Assembly (NCBI GenBank): GCA_002104905.1
Contig: MCFE01000154.1
Span: 62,001 to 126,000 of the forward strand
Direction of reading: 5' to 3'
DNA from: Basidiobolus meristosporus CBS 931.73
Lineage: Eukaryota; Fungi; Basidiobolomycota
DNA length: 64,000 bases
Positions within the stretch are counted from its first letter, which is position 1; every line of letters starts with the position of its first letter. Below are positions 51,943-64,000 of this stretch, one piece after another. Both the position numbers and the translations under genes were made by a program. The notes under the pieces were generated by a model. That model saw nothing but the letters and a program-made list of their open reading frames with translations. It made no database searches and had not been told where the DNA came from.

Positions 51943-54900
51943 ATGGCCATGAATGCCGCATCAGCATACTCCCAGTTCAACCAGCATTCCCTCCACAGAT
52001 CAAGCTCCCTTTCGCCCTCCCCCACACCCCTGGACAACCATGTCTCCAACGCCGGACGACCGCGTAACGAGCTGTGGGATCATTTCATCAAAGGAGAAAA
52101 GAGGCCCACCACCAACAAATACGACGCGCGATGTCGGTACTGCGTTGAGAAAGGGGAGATTGGCACTATCCGGCCGGTGCGGGGGGAGAAAAAATTCATG
52201 GTCGCCCACCTGAAGAAGTGTATCAACGCACCGGAGGCGCTGCGCACGCGCTTTCGAGGGGATTCCCTTCGGGTGTCCGAGACGAGCCAGAAGAACGAAG
52301 ACGAACTGGAAACCAAACAGGAGGCCGACGACCCGCTAACGAAGAAGCGTAAATTGGCCCCGGTTTCCGAGCCGGAGTGGCATCCCTCTAGCAGTACCTC
52401 CTCCCCCAACGGATTCCTCCCCAGCACCCCGGATGCCGGCAAAAAGCCAAAGGAGGACAAGTTTCAGTTGGACGAGGCGTTTGTTTCCAAATACCAGGAT
52501 CGACTGCCTTCCTTTGGCTTCAACGGGCTGGGAGAAATCATCTATCGACGAACCTACAGCAGACTTGCCAAAGACGGGACTCGTGAGCAATGGTGAGCTG
52601 AGAGCATTTTGCGAATCCCTCGGGCGGAGAGCTGACGTTTCTTTTCTATCCAGGTGGCAGACGGTCCGCAGAGTGGTCAATGGCACGTTCAGCATGCAGA
52701 AGCGATGGGTCGAGCAGTCGAACCTGGGCTGGGACCAAGAAAAAGTACTCGTTTTCTTCCCATTCTGCTTCCCTCAACCTCACTAACGGAGAAATTTGCA
52801 TTCAGGCGCAACGGTCGGCACAAAAGATGTACGATCGCATCTTCAGCATGAAGTTTCTTCCCCCTGGTAGAGGTAACGCCCTTCACCCAAGCCACATCCA
52901 GGCAATCTACTAACGTGCGTTCTGTTTGGGGTGGCTCTAGGTCTCTGGGCGATGGGCTCGCCGCTGACAGAGGAACGGGGCATCTACACCGCCCTTAACA
53001 ACTGCGGCTTCGTGAGCACGGAGTGTATGTGGGCACGAGGGTTTACCCCCAGTAAGCCGTTTGCATTTTTGATGGACGCCTCGATGTTGGGGTAAGTGCG
53101 GAGCCGGACCTTGCCTCATCCTGCACTCAACTAAGCGAGTTTTCCTAGGGTCGGCGTCGGATTCGACACGAAAGGCGCAACAATCGCCCGCGAGCGGGGG
53201 ATCCTCGTGACGGGGCCCAACCCTGCGCTCTCGCCCAACGTTTATGTGATCCCGGATTGCCGCGAAGGATGGGTCAAGTCGATTGAGCTGATGATTGACT
53301 GCTACTTCGACGCTAGCATGAGCATACAGGCAAGTCTGTCGTGCTTGAACGTCGCAGATCGATTGGCTTACATGCTGTTCACAGGAATTCAAGTATCATT
53401 GCATCCGCCCCGAAGGCGCTCCAATTAAAGGGTTTGGGGGACAATCATGTGGGCCCCAGCCTCTGATTGATCTTCACTGCCGCATCCGAGAGGTACTCAA
53501 CAACAACATTGGGGCCCCGATAACAGTCACGACCATCGTGGACATCATGAATCTGATCGGCAAGTGTGTCGCAAGCGGAAATGTAGGAAGCCCAAGCCTC
53601 TGCGGTCGTCCAAGTCTCTTAACCGTTTGTGCATGTGTAGGTCAGACGCAGCGCGGAGATCGCCTTTGGAGACCCCTTTGATGACGAGTACATTGACCTG
53701 AAGAATTACGAGGTGAACCCTCATCGATGCGAATACGGGTGGACCAGCAACAACTCGGTACGTGTTTATTTGCCTTTCGCCCGGCGCCACGACGCTAACC
53801 AAGCGCTGCCGCTTCTCTAGGTGTTTGCCAACATTGGCATGGACTATCACAACATCTGCAAACGAGTGGTCACCAACGGAGAGCCAGGGTTTTCATGGCT
53901 GACCAATGCGCAGAACTACGGCCGAATGGGAGATCCAATGGTAATCCCTACTAAACCCGCCGTCTCCCTGCACTACCAAGACACTCACCTCTCCTCTCGA
54001 TGCGTTAGGACAAACGAGACTACCGAGCTCAAGGCGGAAACCCGTGCCTCGAGCAGACACTTGAGTCCTTCGAGCTGTGCTGTCTGGTGGAAGTGTTTCC
54101 CAACAATCACACCACAATCAATGACTTCTTGGAAACGCTGGAGTCTGCATTCTTGTACGCGAAGACCGTGACCCTGGGAACCACGCACTGGCCAGAAAGC
54201 AACAGGGTGATGATGAGAAATCGGAGAATCGGCACCGGGCTGAGCGGAATTGCCCAGTTCATAAGCAAACGAGGTACAGCTACAGCGCACATCCCCCGAC
54301 GTGACTTTTATCTGACTAGCGACATTCTTTTAGGAATTGAGGAGCTGAGGGTGTGGTGTGACGAGGGATACAACCATATTCTAGATATCGACAAACGGTA
54401 AGTGTTGGCTCCGAGTGACTGGCAGCAGCGTGCTTTTGGTAACGCAGTTGGCGCTAGGTTGTGTGAGTGGCTATGCATCCCCCGATCTATCAAGATAACG
54501 ACCGTGAAGCCCAGCGGCACGGTTTCGCTTTTAGCCGGAGGTAGGTGTTGCGATGTTGGCTTCTCTGGTCGAGAGATTAACACGACTGGTTGTTGTCTAG
54601 CCACCCCTGGACTACACTATCCGGAAAGTAGGTTTTGCATTCGCCGCGTGCGCTTATCGAGAATATCGGAGATGGTCGAACCCTTTCGAGAGGCCGGTTA
54701 TAAAGTGGAGCCGGATGTTGGTAGGAACCGGATACGTGTATTTGATAGAAAGGCGGGGTTTTTTGACTAACACGATGGTTGCGTTACAGTCGATCCAAAC
54801 ACCTTGGTGGTCGAGATCCCGATCGACCATGGGGAAGGTATCAGATCACTGGTGGATGTGTCTATGTGGGAGCAGTTGTCGCTGGCAGCTTTCATGCAGA

Positions 54901-55322
54901 GATACTGGTCAGATAACCAGGTGTCGTGCACCATCACATTCGATCCAGAGACCGAAGGGGATCACCTCAGGTTCGCCCTCAATTATTTCCAGTATCAGTT
55001 GAAGGGGGTGTCGTTCTTGCCGCGGATACCTATAGGCGCGTACTCTCAAATGCCATACGAGGCCATCTCAGAGCTCAAGTATCTTCAACTGACCGCGCGT
55101 ATCACGAAGCCAGGCCCCAAAAGCCCGAGCATATCACATTTGCTGCTGAACCCACAGGGGCTGACCGCGCCAGACCTTCGAAACGTCGAAGGGGACCCCA
55201 CGGTCGACCCTGAGATCGAGAAGTTTTGTGACTGGGGACCTTACATGTTTGACAGCGCCTGCTCCAACCTCGGTCTACCAGAGGAGGCAAGCACATACCC
55301 CTCGAACATAATGAGATTCTAG
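51943..55322 (+). CDS. nrdJ: Class II (adenosylcobalamin-dependent, monomeric RTPR/NrdJ-type) ribonucleotide reductase with an N-terminal BED-type zinc finger, about 879 aa, 13 exons
   Basis: Exons 51943-52592, 52654-52744, 52806-52872, 52941-53091, 53149-53329, 53385-53582, 53641-53757, 53821-53940, 54009-54273, 54334-54397, 54458-54540, 54601-54720 and 54790-55322 sum to 2640 nt in frame. Motifs: YRRTYSR, FLPPGRGLW, ALNNCGF, LGVGVGFD, IPDCREGW, GNVRRSAEIAFG, NGEPG, GGNPCLEQ, ELCCLVE, NRRIG, TTVKPSGTVS, WSDNQVSCT and QMPYE. The start codon is the first in-frame ATG and is not verified. Confidence 0.92.
52060..52233 (+). other. BED-type zinc finger coding segment inside RNR exon 1
   Basis: PRNELWDHF..KYDARCRYC..RGEKKFMVAHLKKC fits the W-x2-F / CxxC / HL-x2-C pattern of hAT-type BED fingers. 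Confidence 0.8.
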
Positions 55323-56288
55323 TAGCAACTGGCCACTGCTCGCATCCACTCAGGAAGGTGGCAAGTGGGAGGCCCCGACCTCCATTCCATGCGACAGAGC
55401 GCAAGATCAATGACCAGCACGGATGCTTGCCCATTCTCATGCCATCTACTGTAGAATCCTCTCATACCACCCCCCTCCCTCCCTCCCTCTGACCACCTAT
55501 CCTGTACATTCCTGGTTTTGTTAGCATCTTCGATAGCTACGCGTTGTATTGATTAGACCCCATGTCCCTTCCCGCATCGTCCATCACCCAGCTTGACAAT
55601 CATCTATCTCTACGAACATTCATATCACATAGTCTTCGGTTCTCCATCATTCTTTGCCCAGCGCAATGTCACCTGACCCCCTGCCAGCCCACCCACCATC
55701 TAAACAAAAATAACAGCCTGCATATATTTTCCCAGCCAAGAGATTATTGGTGGCTCTGATTTGTGGTTTCGAGGGCCATCGGCAGTGGTTGGTATGGCCC
55801 TATGTGCACTCGGCATGCCATAAGGCAGGAGCATTGTCGAATTGCAGGAGAGGATGCTGTATGGCAGCGAGGTGCGCTTCCAAGCATAAGGGCAGGGAGT
55901 TCTCTACGCCGCTGCCGGGAAGGGGCATTCGGACGGACAATGTGAATCAAGTTGAGCGGACCAGGCTCCACCAGGTCGAGAGGAGGCGTCCCAGAGCGCA
56001 TGAACGAGTCGGTCGCTTGCTGTGGCTCTGGCGGGGTTCTGGCACCAAAGCTCTGCACCATGGAATGGAGTCACCCGGTTAGGGGCATCCGAAGCATGAA
56101 CCGTCGCAAACTTACGATGGAGCATGTTTCCCGGGAGAATTGGTTCTTAAATGATCTCTGGCGTGGAGACCAAAAATTCCCTACCTTTCGTAATCTTATC
56201 TGTCGCAAGCATTGTTTCAACCCTTCTTAACTCCCTTCCACTGCGTGGACCTCCCCCTTATCTCGTTGGACCACCGTCGCTAACAACC

Positions 56289-57226
56289 ATGGAGCTTCCA
56301 CACATCGGCAAAAACTGCACCCTAACTGACTGCAACCAGCTAGGTAAGACCCTGGTTCCACGGCCTCATTCGATAGGGCTGGCGTGCTAAAGGCTCACTG
56401 TTGCCCGCAGACTTTTTACCCTACAAATGCCACCTGTGTCAGCACGATTTCTGGTAAACCTTTTCATACTGCTCTTGCCAGCTGGCCACTCCACTCCGTT
56501 GACCTTGAACCCTAGCAAGGACCACTGGAGACCTGACCAACACCGGTGCGAATTCAGCACCGTGGTGGGTGATGTGCGAGTTCCGGTATGCCCGCTGTGT
56601 GGGAAACCAGTGCCGGTGAACAAAGGAGAGAACCCCAACCAACGGGTATTGGAGAGTGGCCTTCCTTTAGCGTCACAACAGTCACACTAACGCGAAACTT
56701 CAGATGGACGAGCACATTCGTAAGGGATGCGCCGACCCTGGCACAACGACCGACCGTTCTCCAGCCTACCGGAACGTCTGCTCCTACCAAGCCTGCAAGG
56801 CGAAAGTGTTGGTCTCAACCAAGTGCCCCTCCTGTCGAAAACAGTACTGCTTGAAACACCGTTTCGAGGCTGACCACAAGTGTCCCAGGGAGACCGGAGC
56901 TGGAGGTAAACTGCTTATCGGCCTGCGAAACGTTTCTGTGTACTGATTGACCGAACGTAGGCCCCAACAAAACCTTCCAAATCCCGAAGATGTCGATACT
57001 TACCGGGTACAGTAGACCAGTGCCGCGTCACACAACTGCCTAGACAGACCCGACTAACCGCACTTCCCACCCCCTAGGTCTATGCCTGCCCTCTCCAGCA
57101 TCTACAAAGAGGTACGCAAAACCACCAACGCAACCACCCTGCTTGTACTCACCCAACCACCCACCCCCCTCGCACTAGGACCAAAAGACCGGCAAGACCA
57201 AGAACACGAACTGCGCCATCAGCTAG
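56289..57226 (+). CDS. AN1-type zinc finger protein (ZFAND2/AIRAP/Cuz1-like), 185 aa, 7 exons, C-terminal CaaX
   Basis: Exons 56289-56343, 56411-56453, 56516-56645, 56704-56905, 56961-57006, 57078-57111 and 57179-57226 (558 nt). MELPHIGKNC..CNQLDFLPYKCHLCQHDFCKDH, VPVCPLCG and a second finger CPSCRKQYCLKHR..DHKC. Ends NCAIS*. Confidence 0.9.
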
Positions 57227-58441
57227 AAGCCACCCGGCGCCTGCAACCCAATCCCACGTCCAACCACTACCCTGTCGCCCACAATTACCTTAACCAATTT
57301 TGGCGAGTCAATAAAGCAACCAATTAGTTCCACTGGTATATTCTTTGATGCGAGTAGTGTGTGGCGGCCCGTACGAATGGTCATGAGGGGAGGGTGGGTG
57401 GGGAGCCGGATGCGAGAGGGTGGGTTACACTCGCGAATGACCGGTGACTGCATCACAAGCAGCATCTTGATGGAAATGGGAATTCTTGGCACACCACCAG
57501 ATATGGAATCGATCTGATGCGTTCTCATGTAAGAGATGCGTCTGGAGAAAGCAGAGTTCGATGGATTCCTTCGCCACCATTGGCTGTTGGTGGAAGGGTG
57601 GTAAGGTGGTTGGATGCATCCATGAGTCCACTGGTTCCAGCCACCTCTGCTGAATCCACTTTTATTAGCTGCAGCAAAGTCAACGGATTCACGAATGGGA
57701 TGGCTTGTTGGTATATCACGGTCAAGTGGAGTCGAAGCAACACTCGATTAGGAGACGCACCTCCACCCTCACGAAGATGAGGCTCGGGTGGGTGAAGGCG
57801 CATCATGAACACAACTGGCAAAGCCCAATGACCACCAGCTAGGTGGATTGGTTTTGATCGCAATTCAAACAGTGATCCACAAGCATGTTGCGAGGTTCGG
57901 GGAGCTGGTGATTGCCAACTATTTGGGTAAACAACAGGTGGGCCACGCTTAATTGGTTTCAATGGGATGTCACTCCAGCAACTGGCAAGAGAGATGCTCC
58001 AATTGCTGTGCCCAGAATAACCGATGCATCGAGCTCAGTCTCGGGACTGATGGCCCCATATGACCCAATGCTGATCTAGAAATTAATGAATATTTCCACT
58101 GCAGCAACTTGATAGACGTGCTTGAGCAGCACGATAGGACCCTAGACAATTAGGCCTTACAAAGAAGGCAACAGAGGCATATAATGCCCATCGACTACAA
58201 TGATATTCACCAGCGAATTCCACCATAGTATGCGGAGCAAAATGGCATTCCCACAGATGGATCTCCTTACAATGGAGTTTCAGGAGATTCGTCACAAATA
58301 AATTGCGATTCCTATTTTTGGCGGATCCGTCCCGTCCATCCGAAAGTTCGAGTTCGTACGATGGCGGGGTACTATAAATGGCCTACACCGCCGCTCCATC
58401 CCAGCATCAATTCCGCCCTAACCTCATTAACCTTTCTAACC

Positions 58442-59001
58442 ATGAAGTGGATCGCCCAATACACCCTCTTTGCCACCCTCAGCGCACTTGCTGCCTTTGG
58501 CCAAAGCACCACTTCAACCAGCTCTTCTGCTGCCGCCTGTAAGTACCTTCACTCCACCCAGCGCTCCATCTTGAGCCTTGCTAACATTTCCCTCTAGCCT
58601 CTACCCCACTGACCCCACTTGAATCCTGCATCATGCAGCAAAACTGTGCTCCAGCTGATGTTGCCTGTCGCGCCAAATGTGCACAAGTTCCTAACCCCAA
58701 TGCTAGTATGGTCAACAGCACAATCAACTGTGTTGCTCAGTGCGACCAGAGCAATGCCGCAGCATACGCACAGTGCAAGAACAACTGTATCAATACGTAC
58801 TATGGTCCAAACCCATCTGGCTCAACCGGAAATGGAAGCACCGGATCCGGATCCGGCACCAACCCAACCAACGGCAGTGGCACCAGTGGAAGTGGTAACA
58901 ACACCGCCAACGGAAACACCAAACCCAACTCTGCCTCTTATATGATGGCCTCTACCATGGCGCTTGTCGGCACCCTTGGTGCAGCTTTCTCGCTTCTGTG
59001 A
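58442..59001 (+). CDS. Small secreted Cys-rich, Ser/Thr/Gly-rich, probably GPI-anchored cell-surface protein, 166 aa
   Basis: Exons 58442-58538 and 58598-59001 (501 nt). Signal peptide MKWIAQYTLFATLSALAAFG, 8-Cys domain with VPNP, S/T/G/N linker and hydrophobic C-terminus (ALVGTLGAAFSLL). Confidence 0.88.
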
Positions 59002-60719
59002 GCCAGCATATTGCGATGTTTCCGGATTATCCAGTCAACTCGTCTGCATTATCAGTGATGATTTCCCTTTTCCTGCCTTTTGAACCCATCTATCCGTGAG
59101 TCGCGGGCTCTGCATCTTGTTTCCTTCAATAAACCATGAAATTTGCTACCCAAGACCTAACTTGGTTTCTCCGCCGGGCCCATTTCGGGTTCCAGAAAGC
59201 AGGGATTCGTTGCGCAGCAAACAGCTGTCATGGCTTTGGCAGATGCTGATCGCTGGCCCCAACCCCCAAAGCGAATGAATTGATCCCACTCGGTGGAGGA
59301 GCAAAGTACATGCCGGGGAATCATGACCTCAACAGGTGCGATGCTTGCTCACCTTTTGGTTTCGATACGGATTGTCAGATCCAATACGAGCGCGTTAACA
59401 GGCGGACAAATAATGTTGGATGACGTCATACTTCCTAAGTAGGCTTGATGAGTTACTTGAGGAATGACCTGGGTTGGGACATGATAGTTCTTACTTGGGC
59501 TGGGGCCTACGAAACTGGTAATCACATATAGAAAGGCTGATTTGGTAAGGTGAACTTTGGGAGGATGCCCGGGTATTCCAGAATATAGCGAACCGATTAC
59601 GGTCGCGTGCAGGGTTGGGTTTCGTTGGCCGGGAGATCCCACACATTCTCCCTGATAACTGCACCAGATTTACCCTGAATGGTAGCCTGGCCAGTCCTAT
59701 GGCGACCAGTACGGACCACTTTTTCTGTGCAACACACGAGTGATAGAGTAACATTAATTAACCGTTGCATTCGTGGAAACCCAACAGGTTCGGAGCAGGC
59801 CCGCAGATGTGTACCTTTTCATACTGGCTTAGCTAGATGCAGGAGAAACCAGAGTGAGACAGAATGGCTGGGCATCGGACAAGTCAAGCGGGATAAGGCT
59901 TAAGAGTGTCCAGGAATAGGCTCTTCTATGTGGCACTATTTGCTAGCCTGATGAGCTGAACAAGTCCTGGCTGTAGGCAACACTTCCGTGGCAAGTCCCA
60001 GGCTTCACCGTTAAGAGATCGTTCAAGCAGCGCGCCAAGTAATGATTGCGAATGGGGTTTGGCCCAATCCTCGGACAACCGACTTATCTTACTCATCGGC
60101 TAGGGCGGTTGCTTCCAACCTTTAGGTTCTGAAAGTCATCAGTCTGCGGAGCGTGTCGAGTGACCATTGGAAGATCCGATCCACATACGATTCAACACAA
60201 ATCGATGATTTCTGGAAATCCTCCGCTAAGATGATCTTCCATCCCGCTTGGCCGTTCCAGCAGTCATAGAAGGTTTGAGGATTAAGCGATCTTCATTGGG
60301 ACCCTGGAACGGAATGTGGGCCAATGAACGGGCGCCATGCTCCCACAACCCTTCTGGCTTGGACTTCAGCTAAACACATTAAAAATAGGCTTCTATCGGA
60401 TCTGGAAGATGGAATGTGGAATTCACAATAGGGAATATAGAATTCGAATAGTTGGCTTTATTTGTCATCCCAGGTCACCTGATCCGGCGGATTTGACTAC
60501 TCCAATGTGCCTGCGGTTTTATATTCTGTGATGGTATTGGTTTTGTTGCTTTAGATGAAACTTGGATCTCCCATTTGTCCTTTATTCATACCTACTACCT
60601 CCGAAGACCACCGCAAGTGCAATTTCCTTCCCGAAAGTCCAACCCCTATACACAACCCAAGCCCCGATAACTATCTACTCTACCCAGAACCCTTTACTGT
60701 TGCCAACACGCCTGCCAAC

Positions 60720-63810
<3,091 letters not shown>

Positions 63811-64000
63811 CCGCATTCCCCCTCCCCGCCCTAAGCAAGTGGGCCTTGAGTCTACTCCGCCACATCATCCCCCCTTCCCTGTCCAAGCGTCGTGACACGG
63901 ATCCGTTGCTATTGTAATTGTACCCAATCCCTCTAATCACCTACTCCCCACAGCATGCAATCGACACAGTGCACCGTCGATCCGGTTCTTTCGTAAATAA

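Noticed and set aside
52080-55440. Overlapping antisense ORFs across the RNR and IRE1 genes
   Set aside because: Expected by-products of GC-rich coding sequence.
57525-57962. 145-aa minus-strand ORF
   Set aside because: Non-ATG start, no domain-like composition and no consistent splice signals.

Overview
Eukaryotic DNA, most likely from an early-diverging (non-Dikarya) fungus. This is inferred from short spliceosomal introns of about 55-70 nt with CTAAC/CTGAC branch sites and from a B12-dependent RNR. The window has two sharply different parts. (1) About 1-50.5 kb is an AT-rich, CpG-depleted block made almost entirely of nested transposons: three Ty1/Copia copies, two LTR-bounded Ty3/Gypsy elements (one a chromovirus), a solo LTR, four large copies plus one fragment of a CACTA/EnSpm-like two-ORF DNA transposon with CCCTATG termini and atypical 4(-5)-bp TSDs, and two copies of a PIF/Harbinger-superfamily (Pangu-like, ANT TSD) element. 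Most junctions could be resolved to the base from termini, TSDs and the restored reading frame of the target. (2) About 50.6-64 kb is a GC- and CpG-rich gene island with four + strand intron-containing genes: a 13-exon class II (adenosylcobalamin) ribonucleotide reductase, an AN1 zinc-finger protein ending in a CaaX box, a small Cys-rich GPI-type secreted protein, and IRE1. The best candidate for a new system is the RNR, whose first exon carries an in-frame BED-type zinc finger and a KKRK NLS-like motif. All gene models and mismatch counts were derived by eye, with no database searches.
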